Shown: piece after piece, positions 27,887 to 38,600 of the stretch | Numbering within the stretch: position 1 is the first letter of the stretch | Layout: every line of letters starts with the position of its first letter | Origin: Verrucomicrobiota bacterium | Lineage (GTDB): Bacteria; Verrucomicrobiota; Verrucomicrobiia; Opitutales; Opitutaceae | NCBI GenBank assembly: GCA_023446735.1 | Contig: JAEXPQ010000150.1 | Location: 22,257-86,256, forward strand | Reading direction: 5' to 3' | DNA length: 64,000 bases | Program-made: the position numbers and the translations under genes | Notes under the pieces: generated by a model | Database searches by the model: none | The model's input: the letters and a program-made list of their open reading frames with translations, nothing else | What the model was told of the DNA's origin: nothing

Positions 27887-30280
27887 CTAAATTCCGCAGT
27901 CTCCCTGATTGCGCGCCCTCCGGGCTAATCCTGTCCGAGAATGGCTGATTGCTCGGGATACATCGGAGCCGCTTGTGCCACTCGTCGATACTGGAACGGT
28001 GCCGGCCGGATCGATCGGCGGCTCGGCGCCTATCGATTGGTTGCTGCGGGCGTGGAAGACCTTGTCGACGGGCTCGTTTTGTTGGGTCCGGTACTGGCGC
28101 CATGCTGCAATCCAAGTGACCAAGGCGAGAGCTGAGATTGCCGCACCAATCCAGAAGGCGCTCGGATTGTAGACGAAAACTACCGACTTCGCGCCAGCGG
28201 GAACAACGGCGCCGCGCATCCAGACGTTGACCGGAAAGACCTCAGTCTTGGTTCCGTCGATCTCGGCTTGCCAACCGGGATACCAGGCTTCGGCGAGCAC
28301 GAGAACGGATGGGGTATCGGTGCTCACTCTGAGCGCAACGCGATTTCGACTGAACGCCGCGATCTCTGCGGATCCCGATCCCGCAGCGGACTGGACTGCG
28401 GCCACCGACGGCCAGGCATCCGGTTCGATCAGGGTAGCGCTCCGCGGGTCGGTCCCGTCACGAAGGAGGCGAATCGCGGCCTCTCGGCTCGGGGCTTCAA
28501 TGAGGTTTCTTCCTAGCCAGGTCCGTGCTCCAAGCTCTCCCTCGGGGCGCAGCACTAGTGTCTGCTGTGCCGTGTCCCAGCTTACCTGGATATCGGCTCC
28601 CTTGTAGGGGAACGGGCCGCTGCGGGAATGGATGTCGGGGGACGGAAATGTATTCAGTAGATCGTTTTTCGGAACGCCGGCGACCCCGTGCAGATAGTCC
28701 CATACTCGCGCAGACGTTAGGGCTCCGTAACCGGTCACGAAGGAGTATCCGTTCACCATGCCGCTGTTGGCTTTCAGGATGTGATTTGGGACGAGCAGCC
28801 GAGTCGGGGCGAGTTCGTGCGCTGGATTAATTTTGTCGCGCACTTCGATCGGAAAGTCGCTTCTGGTTGTATGAGGACCGGGGGAGTAGGCTTGGAGCAG
28901 CCGACCGAATTCGGCGGTTGGAGGCACAAAATCGGCTATCCAGGCCACGACCCAGACACCAAAGACCAGGAGGGGCCTTGGGCTGCGTGCTCTAGTACTC
29001 GCTCGATAGATGAGAATTCCCCCGACGACCGCCGCGGCAGCCGCCCATTCAAGGGGTAGCGCTATTCCTCGTGTGGCGAGAACAAACAGCCCGATCGCCA
29101 CCAGCGCCGCATCCGACCAGCAAGTGGAGACAGCGTCATCGCGGCGGCGCCAGAAGCTCACAGCCGCAAGGAGAACTGCCCAGACCGCGAATGTCGCGAA
29201 TCGATTGTTGCACCGGAAGAATCCCATGGCAGGTATTAGGGGATACAGCCAGTCGAAGAATGGTGTCTGTTGTCCGAGGGCGAGAAGCAGCGCGACGACA
29301 GCGAGGCAGAACAAACTTCGCATCCGGATGTCCCCGAGGCGGGCAAGTTGGATGGAACCGAGGGCAACCATCGGGAGTCCGGTGTAGAGCTCCAGCCCTA
29401 ACCAAACGGGTTCGGACGGCGTGGGACGCCAGAGCGATAGTAGCCCCTCGAAGGAAAGGCAGATCGCAGCAGCGAACTCCCGTCCTGGCGTGCGGTTGCT
29501 CTCGTGGGCCAACTCGATCAGCGGCAGGAACTGGATTGCGCAAAGCGCCAGTGCGCCGAGGGCTGCGAGCGCGAGGCCGCCATACGCACGTGCGGCACGG
29601 CGTAGGGAGGGCCCGACGCCTCCGCTGCAACAGCGGGGCAATAGGTAGATCCCGAGGCTGCAACCGCACAGCCAAAAGGCGTGAGGATGGCCGGCAAGGA
29701 AACAGGCGGCGAGCAACGCCGCCAAGATCAGCAGATGGCGTGCTCGCGGTCCCTCGCACAGTTGATCCGCGAAACGGAGGAGCAGGGGCCACCAGGCGAT
29801 CGTACAAAAGAATCCGAGGCAGCCACAGTGCAATGGACCGAGAAGGCTGGGTGAGGCTGCGAACGCGACGCCACCGACGGCGGCAGCGGACATCGGAATG
29901 CCCCAATAATGTGCAAGCCGAGAGAAGCTGCCCCCGCCGATCGCGAAGTGGAGCCCGATGGTTAGCCAGAATGCTATTGATTCCGGAAGGAAGAGAAAGA
30001 GCCACGTTGCCGGGTAGAATGCGGCCACTTCCGGGTCCGCGAGGAAGGGGCGCCCGAGCAAGGAGTATGGATTCCAGAATGGCATCTCATGCGCCCAGAA
30101 TGCTGCGCGGAGGTGCGCCTTCATGAAATGGTGCATGAGCGCGTAGTCGAGGCCGCGCATGATTTGAGGCGGTCCCCAGACGAGCCAGGCCGCGAACGCC
30201 AGCCCTGCTCCCAACCAGAAGGCCAACTCGCGCACGGAAGGACTACGACGTTTGTCTGCACCACTATCAAGCAATGCCAT
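27887..30280 (-). CDS. YfhO-family polytopic membrane glycosyltransferase
   Basis: 797 aa. N-terminal HHFMKAHLRAAFWAHEMPFWNPYSLLGRPFLADPEVAAFYPATWLFLFLP is the typical YfhO opening. About 14 TM segments precede a large C-terminal extracytoplasmic domain and a final TM segment. Confidence 0.8.
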   Translation of the reverse strand: MALLDSGADKRRSPSVRELAFWLGAGLAFAAWLVWGPPQIMRGLDYALMHHFMKAHLRAAFWAHEMPFWNPYSLLGRPFLADPEVAAFYPATWLFLFLPESIAFWLTIGLHFAIGGGSFSRLAHYWGIPMSAAAVGGVAFAASPSLLGPLHCGCLGFFCTIAWWPLLLRFADQLCEGPRARHLLILAALLAACFLAGHPHAFWLCGCSLGIYLLPRCCSGGVGPSLRRAARAYGGLALAALGALALCAIQFLPLIELAHESNRTPGREFAAAICLSFEGLLSLWRPTPSEPVWLGLELYTGLPMVALGSIQLARLGDIRMRSLFCLAVVALLLALGQQTPFFDWLYPLIPAMGFFRCNNRFATFAVWAVLLAAVSFWRRRDDAVSTCWSDAALVAIGLFVLATRGIALPLEWAAAAAVVGGILIYRASTRARSPRPLLVFGVWVVAWIADFVPPTAEFGRLLQAYSPGPHTTRSDFPIEVRDKINPAHELAPTRLLVPNHILKANSGMVNGYSFVTGYGALTSARVWDYLHGVAGVPKNDLLNTFPSPDIHSRSGPFPYKGADIQVSWDTAQQTLVLRPEGELGARTWLGRNLIEAPSREAAIRLLRDGTDPRSATLIEPDAWPSVAAVQSAAGSGSAEIAAFSRNRVALRVSTDTPSVLVLAEAWYPGWQAEIDGTKTEVFPVNVWMRGAVVPAGAKSVVFVYNPSAFWIGAAISALALVTWIAAWRQYRTQQNEPVDKVFHARSNQSIGAEPPIDPAGTVPVSTSGTSGSDVSRAISHSRTGLARRARNQGDCGI

Positions 30281-30610
30281 GACGAATGGTTAACCGTTTT
30301 CCTTGGGGCGTTTGCGACACTGAAATTGCGACCAAGGAACTGGATGGATAGCGTTCCTGTGTTCTCGCACCACGACACAACTGGTTGAGTGGTTTCAACC
30401 TGCTGCGCGGATGAATATGGAAGACCCGATCGGGCGCGTCAGTCGCCGCGGTAGATGTGGCGGACTGCGGAGATTGTGGGTGCACACGGACGATGGCGAT
30501 ACTTCTAGCGGGGTGCCGGCGACCGATCTGGAGGGTGTCAGGGACACGTTTCTTTTCGGTCCACTTTCTCTCGTGTTTTCGGTAGCCGGTCCGAAAATGC
30601 CGTTTTCAAG

Positions 30611-31696
30611 ATGAACGAACGATCGACGGTACTGGCGGCGGTGGTCGACCAGGAGCAGAGACCTAGCCTGCGATGGCCATCGCTCGATGGAGTGCGGGGC
30701 TTGGCGTTCCTGCTCGTTGCGCTCTTCCATCTCAACGAGTTTCTGCGCCATCCGTTTTTTCTGGCCGATGGGCAGGTAGGCGTGTGGCTCTTTTTCGTTC
30801 TGAGCAGCTACCTCCTGTCGCGGCCGCTGCTCGCCGATCCCTCCTCCATGCTTCGTGCCTCAACGTGGACCCGCTATGGCGTGCGGCGGGTGCTCCGTGT
30901 CTTTCCGCTGTTTGTGGTCTATGTAGTTTGCTTGAGCACCATCGCCCACGTCCCTTGGGGGAAAAGTGGCCAGGTTTTGCTGCTCCAGACCACGCATGCC
31001 GTCGACTGGTCGCTCTTTATCGAGTGTCGATTCTATCTGGTGCTTCCTTTTCTTCTCCTTCCACTGGCGGTTCTTGGCCGCCCGCGCCGCTACTGGTGTT
31101 TTCTGCTCCTGGTGGTGGTGGTCGCGGCCGCCGCCTTTCCGTTCTGGCGGGACCCCGGAGCGTGGCCCTTCGCGGGGTATCCGATCAGTGGTCTGGCCGG
31201 AAATGCGGTCTTACTCTCCTACCTCTCCTGTTTTCTTCCCGGAGTGATCGCGGCCTACGCCTCGGTACGGTGGTCCCCGTCGCCGCAGCGGTTGGGGGTA
31301 TGGTGTGACGGTGTCGGAATCCTGGTTTTGCTCTCCCTTCCCGTCATTCCTCTCTTGGTTCCGCAAGGCGAGCCCGGCCATGCCGCGTACTATTTCAGAC
31401 TCGTTCATCTTTGGTTTCCCTATGCCTGTCTCTTTTCGCTGTGGGTCTTCTTGCTTGGTTTGGGGCAAGGTGTCTTCGCGCGCCTTCTTGCCTCGCCGGC
31501 GTTCCGGTTCCTTGGAGCGATCTCCTACCCAGGCTACCTCTTTCATCTCTTCGTTTATTACCGACTTCGGCCTGTGATTACCGACGACCGTTGGTATGCC
31601 ATCGCCGCTTTTGCAGCGGTCTGTGCTGTTTCGTATCTACTCCATCGTGCGATCGAGCGTCCCCTATCCAAGGTCTGGTCTGGCAAGGCCGGCTGA
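30611..31696 (+). CDS. acyltransferase family 3 (O-acetyltransferase, OafA/WecH-like)
   Basis: LDGVRGLAFLLVALFHL signature, 10 TM segments, 361 aa. Confidence 0.85.
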   Translation: MNERSTVLAAVVDQEQRPSLRWPSLDGVRGLAFLLVALFHLNEFLRHPFFLADGQVGVWLFFVLSSYLLSRPLLADPSSMLRASTWTRYGVRRVLRVFPLFVVYVVCLSTIAHVPWGKSGQVLLLQTTHAVDWSLFIECRFYLVLPFLLLPLAVLGRPRRYWCFLLLVVVVAAAAFPFWRDPGAWPFAGYPISGLAGNAVLLSYLSCFLPGVIAAYASVRWSPSPQRLGVWCDGVGILVLLSLPVIPLLVPQGEPGHAAYYFRLVHLWFPYACLFSLWVFLLGLGQGVFARLLASPAFRFLGAISYPGYLFHLFVYYRLRPVITDDRWYAIAAFAAVCAVSYLLHRAIERPLSKVWSGKAG

Positions 31697-31725
31697 TCGA
31701 GCAGTCCCCAACTGTCTTGTAGCGA

Positions 31726-32721
31726 ATGAATCCTCTGCCGTTGCTGTCCGTCATCATCGTCGCCTGGCGCTCGCGGGAGGAGATCCTTGCGTGTGTGCGG
31801 TCGATCCCCCTTCGACTGGCCCAGGGACCAGAGCAGTCCTGTGACGGTGTGGCGGAAGGTCTGGTGGAGGTGGTCGTGGTCGACAACTCGCTGAACGAGG
31901 ATGGCACGGCCGATCTGCTGGCTCGCGAGGCGCCGCACGTTCGCTGTCTTGTGCCGGTGGAGAACCTCGGCTTTGGGCGGGGCAACAACCTCGGCTTCCG
32001 GGAGACGACAGGCGAGTGCGTGCTCTTCCTCAACCCCGACACGGTCTGCAACGGGGCGGCGCTGGAACACAGCGTGGCGCGAGTGTTGGCGGATCGGTCG
32101 ATCGGAATGCTGTCGCCGAAGTTGGTGTTGGCTGACGGCTCGATGGACTTGGCCTGTCGGCGTTCGATCCCGACCGCATGGGATGGTTTCTGCCGAGCGA
32201 GCGGGTTGGCGGCAAGGTTCCCGCGGCGGAAGCTGTTCGCGGGCTACAATCTCACGCACCTGCCCGAGGGCGGCACCTATGATGTCGGTGCCATCAACGG
32301 TGCGTTCATGCTGGGCCGCCGTGAGGTATTCGAGACAGTGGCGGAGTGCGAGAGGTCGACCTCCGGAGCGGTCCGGACGCAAGGTCCGACCCTACAGCGA
32401 TCCGGTGCTGTGTTCGACGAGCGGTTCTTCATGTACGGTGACGATCTGGACCTCTGCTTACGGGTCGCGCGAGCTGGGTTTCGTATCGTGTACGACGGCC
32501 GGGTGCAGATCACTCACCTGAAGGGCACCAGTGTCGCGAAAGATTACGCCCGGATGGCGCAGGCGATTTTCGACGCCAATCGCGATGTGTACCTCAAGCA
32601 CTTCAATCCGCGGGGCTCGCGCTTGGTGGCTTGGAAGTACAGACTGGCGTTTGGGCTCTGGAAGCGTGTGGCTCTGGCGCGAGCCGCGTGCCGCGGTTCG
32701 AAGTGCGTGCGGCCGGTTTGA
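31726..32721 (+). CDS. GT2 family glycosyltransferase
   Basis: LLSVIIVAWRSREEIL..., VVVVDNSLNEDGT, FLNPDT, and YGDDLDLCLR (DxD). Confidence 0.85.
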   Translation: MNPLPLLSVIIVAWRSREEILACVRSIPLRLAQGPEQSCDGVAEGLVEVVVVDNSLNEDGTADLLAREAPHVRCLVPVENLGFGRGNNLGFRETTGECVLFLNPDTVCNGAALEHSVARVLADRSIGMLSPKLVLADGSMDLACRRSIPTAWDGFCRASGLAARFPRRKLFAGYNLTHLPEGGTYDVGAINGAFMLGRREVFETVAECERSTSGAVRTQGPTLQRSGAVFDERFFMYGDDLDLCLRVARAGFRIVYDGRVQITHLKGTSVAKDYARMAQAIFDANRDVYLKHFNPRGSRLVAWKYRLAFGLWKRVALARAACRGSKCVRPV

Positions 32722-32728
32722 GGTGTAC

Positions 32729-34153
32729 TCACTCCGCCGGGTTGCGCCAGCGGGCGAAGGTGAGGAGGAGGATCTGCAGGTCGAGCCAGAGTGACCAGTT
32801 CTCGATGTAGTAGATGTCGTGCTGGATTCGGGCGTGGAGATCGCCGGCTCCGCGGAGGTTGTTCACCTGGGCCCACCCGGTCATGCCGGGCTTCGCCAAG
32901 TGGCGGGGCAGGTAGTGCGGAATCTCCCCGGAGAGGCGGTCGACGTGGAAGGTGCGCTCCGGGCGGGGGCCGACGAGGCTCATCTCGCCGCGCAGCACGT
33001 TCCAGAACTGCGGCAGCTCGTCGAGATTCCAGCGGCGCATGAACCGGCCGATCCGCAACACCCGCGGGTCGTCGCCGGTGGTGCTCTGGTGGAGATGGTC
33101 CTGCGTGGCGGCGTCGGGTCGCATGCTGCGCAGCTTCCACATCGTGAACGGGCGGTGACCGGTGCCGATGCGCTCCTGCCCGAAAAGCACCGGGCCGGGC
33201 GATTCGCGGCGGATGCACCACGCGAGCACGGCGACGACCGGAGCGGAAAGAAGCAGGCCGAGAGCCGCGCCCGCGACGTCGACGGTGCGTTTGAGGACGC
33301 GGCTGAACAGGCGCGTGATGGGAAGGTTCTCGATGCCGAGCACGGGCACGTTGCCGATCGTCTGCATCCGAAGACCGGAAACGAAGACCTGGAAAACGGT
33401 CGGGACGACCTTGAGCTCGACGTAGTTGCGCTCGCAGGCCTGCACGAGCGCCTGCATGCGCTCCGCCGGGAGGTCGAGGTGGGCGGCGATCAGAATGTCG
33501 ATGTGGTGGTGGCGCAATGCTGTGTCGAGTTCGCCGAAGTGGCCGAGTACGAGGGCGGGCAGGTCGGCGCGAGGGTCGGGGCGGCGCCCGGGCTCCTCGC
33601 CGATCAGTCCGACGATCTGGTAGGGGTGGGCCTGCGCTCCCGCGATGGCGTGGGCGAGGCGCGCTGCGTTGTCGTTCCAGCCGAGCACGGCGACGCGCTG
33701 TTGGACGCGCTCTAAGATGGAGCCGCGGCAGATCGCGGCGTAGAAGGCGGAGCGCCAGACGTACTCGAGCAGGACAACGCCAAGGAAGGCCACGGCGACG
33801 AAGAGGCGCGAGATGGGCGGGGAGAATTTGAGGACGAGCGAGACGCCGAGGTAGGCGAGCAGCCAGAGCACGGTGCCTTTGATGATGATGGCGAGCGCCT
33901 GATAACGCCGGAGCAGCAGACGTTCGTCGTAGAGCCCGAGCTGAGCGTAGGTGACGACCAGGAGCGTGACGCCCACCAGCAGGAGCGGCAGGTAGTCCGC
34001 GAACGCCGCTGATTCTACGGGGAGTCCCAACTGGCCGAGCCGCGTGTCGTACCGCAGCCACCACGCCAGCGACAGTCCGGCAAACGCGAACACCAGGTCG
34101 CCCGCGAGCAGGAGCGCGGGCAGAACGATCTGGCGGAGGGTGTTGCGATGCAT
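32729..34153 (-). CDS. polyprenyl-phosphate glycosylphosphotransferase (WbaP/WcaJ-type initiating sugar transferase)
   Basis: C-terminal LKRTVDVAGAALGLLLSAPV...PVLFGQERIG...FTMWKLRSM...DELPQFWNVLRGEMSLVGPRPE is the bacterial sugar transferase domain. There are 4-5 N-terminal TM segments. The start is set to ATG 34153; the ORF upstream of it runs through a heptamer repeat. Confidence 0.9.
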   Translation of the reverse strand: MHRNTLRQIVLPALLLAGDLVFAFAGLSLAWWLRYDTRLGQLGLPVESAAFADYLPLLLVGVTLLVVTYAQLGLYDERLLLRRYQALAIIIKGTVLWLLAYLGVSLVLKFSPPISRLFVAVAFLGVVLLEYVWRSAFYAAICRGSILERVQQRVAVLGWNDNAARLAHAIAGAQAHPYQIVGLIGEEPGRRPDPRADLPALVLGHFGELDTALRHHHIDILIAAHLDLPAERMQALVQACERNYVELKVVPTVFQVFVSGLRMQTIGNVPVLGIENLPITRLFSRVLKRTVDVAGAALGLLLSAPVVAVLAWCIRRESPGPVLFGQERIGTGHRPFTMWKLRSMRPDAATQDHLHQSTTGDDPRVLRIGRFMRRWNLDELPQFWNVLRGEMSLVGPRPERTFHVDRLSGEIPHYLPRHLAKPGMTGWAQVNNLRGAGDLHARIQHDIYYIENWSLWLDLQILLLTFARWRNPAE

Positions 34154-34176
34154 GGGGCGGGGCCGGTGGTCGGTCG

Positions 34177-34274
34177 AGGACGAAGGGCTGATGACGGAGG
34201 ACGGTGGGCTGACGACGGAAGACGGAAGACAGAGGACGGATGACGGAGGACAGAGGACGGATGACGGAGGGCGG
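34177..34274. repeat. 14 tandem heptanucleotide repeats (plus strand (A/T)(G/T)GACGG; minus strand CCGTCCT)
   Basis: aggacga agggctg atgacgg aggacgg tgggctg acgacgg aagacgg aagacag aggacgg atgacgg aggacag aggacgg atgacgg agggcgg. Strict 7-nt phase, starting 24 nt upstream of the sugar-transferase ATG. Confidence 0.8.
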
Positions 34275-34601
34275 GCGGATTGGGCCAGGGGAGTAACAGG
34301 TAACAGGTGCCGCGTGGCAAGTGCCGGAGCGGCGCGGTGGTTGGGGTCCGTCCGCCACCGGACGTCGCTCGTGTGTTTTGCACTCTCAAACAGCGGCCGA
34401 AGTGGGGCGCTGTCGCGAACCTCCCCAGTGTTTCGACCTTTCGCGCGGGCCGAATGCCTCGGCGGGTTCCGCGACGGGTGGAAATGATCGGGCTGGAGCA
34501 CTGCTGCGCGATTGGGCCGAGAAAACGACGGCTCCGGATAATGCAAACCGTCCGGTGTGGTGTTGTGCGCGGGATGTGCCGGGGCTACGGAGACGTCCAC
34601 A

Positions 34602-35576
34602 ATGAGCGACGTCTATTGTTTCGGCCATGTCAGCACCGGTGTCATCTTGCGCCTGAAAGGGCGTTTCCCCGCGCCCGACGGCTACGGCGAGGTCGTGGAG
34701 ACACTCGAGAACCACTCGGGCGAGGCGACGGGCAGCGCGTTGGTGCTGGCCCGGCTCGGGGCGAGCGTCGCGCTTGAGGGCAACTGGATCGGCGACACGC
34801 CGCAGTGCCGGCGCACGCTGGAGTTTCTCCGTGCCCGCGGCATCGACTGCTCCGGGTTGGTCGTGAAGCCGGGATATCAGGGCGTGAACGAGGTCGTGAT
34901 CTCGGACGGCGAGTCGCGGACGGTTTTCGGGCGTTACTGCGACCTGCTGTTCACCACGCCGCAATGGGAGGCACCGAATCCCGAGCGCATCCGGGCGGCG
35001 CGGATCGTATGCGTGGATCCCGCCTTCGGCGAGACGACGCTCACCGTGGCCCGCACCGCCAAGGCGCTGGGGAAGCCGCTGGTCACGTGCGACGCGCGGG
35101 CGGACAGTGAACTCGCGCGGTTGGCGGATGTCGTGGCGGTGTCGGGCGAGATGATGGCGCGCGAGTATCCGGCGGCGTTGAGCGACCCGGAGGCTCGCGA
35201 GCGGTTGTTCGATGAATACCTTGAGCGCTGTCCCGGGCTGGTGGTGTTCACCGCCGGCTCCCGGCCGCTGTGGTTCGGACGGGGCCGGATGGCGCCGGCC
35301 AGCGCCGGCCGGGCAACTCCGGGAGTGCGCGGTGAACTGCCACCTTTCCCGGTCGAGGTGATCGACAGCGCCGGGGCGGGCGACAGCTTCCGCGGTGGAT
35401 TGATCTTCGGGATGCTGCACGGTTGGCGCGACGAGGACACTGTGCGTTTCGCGTGCGCGGTGGCCGCGCTGATTTGCACGACCGCTCCCGGCTGCGTGAA
35501 TCCGCCGACTCTCGCGCAGGTCCGCGCTTTTCTTGAGGCTCGCGGGGCGGCGCTGCCATCGGCCCCGGTCGCTTGA
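34602..35576 (+). CDS. PfkB-family carbohydrate kinase
   Basis: DSAGAGDSFRGGLIFGML is the PfkB signature 2 (DTxGAGD-like). The N-terminal GG-type motif region is present. 324 aa from ATG 34602. Confidence 0.8.
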   Translation: MSDVYCFGHVSTGVILRLKGRFPAPDGYGEVVETLENHSGEATGSALVLARLGASVALEGNWIGDTPQCRRTLEFLRARGIDCSGLVVKPGYQGVNEVVISDGESRTVFGRYCDLLFTTPQWEAPNPERIRAARIVCVDPAFGETTLTVARTAKALGKPLVTCDARADSELARLADVVAVSGEMMAREYPAALSDPEARERLFDEYLERCPGLVVFTAGSRPLWFGRGRMAPASAGRATPGVRGELPPFPVEVIDSAGAGDSFRGGLIFGMLHGWRDEDTVRFACAVAALICTTAPGCVNPPTLAQVRAFLEARGAALPSAPVA

Positions 35577-35621
35577 TTCGCGCGGGCCGGGCGGGCGCCG
35601 CGTCGTGGTGGTGATCGCGGG

Positions 35622-38600
35622 CTATGGCGCGGCGGGGTCGTGCAGCAGCACGACCTCGCGGGCGAGGGCGACGTGCTGCGGCAGCACCTTGCGGTGATCG
35701 TAGGCGCGCAGGACTTTCGAGTAGGCCGTCGGAGCGAGCGATTTGCCGCTGCGCTCCTTGGCAAGGCAGGTGCGCATCGTGCGGGAGAGGCCTTCGACAT
35801 CCCCGGGTTTTACCAAGTAGGCTTCGGCGCGCGGGAGCACCATCTCGGGGATGCCATGGACGTCGGTCGTGACAATCGGGGTACGGAACGCCATCGCCTC
35901 CATCACGACCCGCGGAAACGACTCCTCGTAGCTGGTGCAGACGAAGAGATCCGCGAGCAGGAAAAAGTCGTAGGCCTCGCGGGTCTCGGGCACGAGGGTG
36001 AGGTTGCCCAATCCGAGTTGTTCGATGTCGGCCTCGAGCCAATCGAGGTAGATCCCCGGGCGGGCGCCGACGAGGACGAAGCGCACCGATTGCGCGCCGC
36101 GGTGGTGGCGGTTGAAATGCTCGATGGCGCGGATGAAGACGTGCTGGCCCTTGCGCTCGCAGACGGTGCCGATGTTCACCACGATCGTCTCGTCGGTGCG
36201 GAAACCGTGTTTGCGGCGCAGTTCGTCCCGTGTGTGGGCGGCCCGGAAGGCCTCGATCCCGGCGAGGTCGATCCAGCTGCGGACGAGGCGGAAGTTGTCG
36301 CGGCGGTTGCAGTCCTCGTAGTACGCCCGGGTGGCCGCGCAGAGGAACAAGGTGCGGTCCGCCTCAGCGAGGGCCTGCTCGACCACCCGGTGCATCGGCC
36401 GCGCCAGCATGTGCTCGAAGAACCGGAAGAGCGTGGTGCTTTCGTGGATGTAGAGCAGCGAGGGCTTGCCCGCCTGGCGAGCGAGGGGCACGCCCCAGAA
36501 GCCGACGAGGGTGTTGCAGACGACGAGATCGATCCGGTCGAACGGCAACGTGGCGCGCAGCGTGGCGAGGCGTTCGTGGAGCTGGGCCTCGTTCGGCGCG
36601 GAGTAGAACTGGTGGCGGTCGACGATCCGAATCTCGGCGCCGAGTTCCTCGTAACGGGGGCGGATCGGGCCCTCCTCGTTTGACACGACCGTGATCGTGA
36701 AGCCGGCTTCGCGAACCAGGTGCGTGGCGTACTCGAGCAGGAAGAGCGGCGCGCCTTCCAGGTTCAGGTTGTGCGTGAGCAGCAGCACGTGCAGCCGCCC
36801 GGCGCGGTCGGTGTGGGCGCAGGCCGCGCCGCGGCACCGTGGCCGCATCTGGCCGTCGAGCACGAGGTGGCGGCTGAAGTACGGGTCGCGCGACAGCGGG
36901 TAGCGGCGCACGAAGGCCACGTGCTCGGACTCGTCGAAGGTGACGCCGCGCGTGGCGCTGCCGCGGTGGACGAGCGTCGCTTGCGGCGTGTACACGCACC
37001 GTTGGCCGGCTGCGATGGCGCGCAGGCAGTAGTCGACGTCGTTGTACGCGACGCCGAAATCCCGCTCGTCGAAGCCTCCAAGGTCGCGATACAGCGAGGT
37101 GCGCGTCATGAGGCAGGCGCCGGTGACGGCGGAGACCTCGCGTGCGACGGAGTGCCAGATCACCGGCGTGGCGCGCTCGTCGGCCTTTGCGAGCGGTGTG
37201 TCCGCGAGGCCCTCGTGCGGGCCGATGACGACACCGGTGTGGTTGAGTGTGCGGTCCGGATAAACCAGTTTTGCGCCGACGACCCCTACATCGGGTTGCG
37301 CGAACCAGCCGGCCATCTCCTCGAGCCAGCCGGGCTCCAGCGCTTCGACGTCGTTGTTGAGGTGGAGGATCAGTGGCGTGTCGACGTGGGGCAGCGCGAG
37401 GTTGACCAGATGCGAGTAGTTGAACGGCGCGTGCACGTCGGCCGGCCGGACCACGGTGCAGCGCAGGTCCGTGCGCTGGGCCATCCGCGCGAGAAAGCGG
37501 GTGGCGTCGGCATCGCGGGAGTGGTCGTCGACGATGACGAGTTTCGCGTGGCGCCAGTCGACGGTCTCCTCGAGGTGCTCGATGCACTCCTGGAGGAGGT
37601 AGAGTTTGTCCCGTGTCGGGATGACGATGGTGACGGGGTTGGCGGCGAGAAACGCGCCGCTCCAGCGGAGTTGGTGGAGGTTGAGTCGGCGCTGGCGGGC
37701 CGCTTCCGGCAGGAAGGGCGCGGCGGAAAGGCCGCGGCGGCGCATCGTGTCCTCAAGGGCGAGGCGCGCTTGTTCGATGGCGGGTGCAGCGGGGTCGATG
37801 GTCTCCGGCCGCTCGGCGCGGGCGTGATGGCAGACGAACGGAAGGTGGGCGACCTGCGCGGGAGCGAGTTCGTCGCCGAGGCGTAGCAGTAGGTCGAACC
37901 AAGGGACGTCCGGATACTCGGGGCGGAAGGAGCCGAGGGCGATGAACCGTTCGCGGCGCACGAGGCTGAGCTGTCCGGGGTAGAGGCCGGAGAGCGCGAG
38001 CGCGGGGCTCCAGTCGGGCTTGAAGGCGGGGGCGGAGCGCCGACCGGTGGCGTCCATGCGATCCTCGTCGGTGTAGATCAGCTCGAGGTCAGGTTGCTTG
38101 GCCAGGGCCTCGGCGGCGTGGAGGAGCGCATCGGGCGAGAGACGGGAGTCGCCGGGCAGGAGCGCGAGGTATGTGGCAGCAGATTCTTGGGCGGCGGTGT
38201 TGAGGGCGCGGATGCGGTCCGCGCCGCCCGCGTGTGCGATCGCGCGGCAACGCGGTTCGGCGGCGAGGACGGCGGCAAGTTCGGGCTGAGCGGGGCCGCC
38301 GAGGACCAGGCGTGCTTCCCACTGCGGAAAGATCTGGGCGGTGAGCGAGGCGACGAGTTGCTGCAATTCCGGGCCGCGGCAGCCGTAGCCGTCGATGAGC
38401 AGGAGGAAGCGTGGGCCTTCGGTCTGGAGGGTGGCCGCGGAGGTGCGCATGGCGGCGAGCACGCGGGGGGCGAGGCGGTTGGCGTGCTGCCACGCGGCGT
38501 AGGGATCGGTCGGCGGCGGGACACGTTGGGCGAGGCCGACGGGCGCGTCGCGGCGGAACCCGTCGCGCGTGAGTTTGGCGGCGGCCCAGAGGGCCTTGAG

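Noticed and set aside
34177-34274. Heptamer arrays (also 7876-7924) as a CRISPR array
   Set aside because: The repeat unit is 7 nt with no spacers, and no cas genes are in the window. These are simple tandem repeats, not CRISPR.
32544-34358. 604-aa minus-strand ORF overlapping the sugar-transferase gene in another frame
   Set aside because: Its composition is extremely Arg/Pro/Ala/Gly-rich (RRPARPRTRP...) with no motifs. This is the typical shadow ORF of a high-GC gene. The overlapping frame carries a clear bacterial sugar transferase domain.
34015-34777. ORFs of 124-156 aa crossing the heptamer array (e.g. PSSVLRHPSSVFRLPSS...)
   Set aside because: Their periodic amino-acid patterns are simply the 7-nt repeat read in shifting frames. 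No start context or domain supports them.
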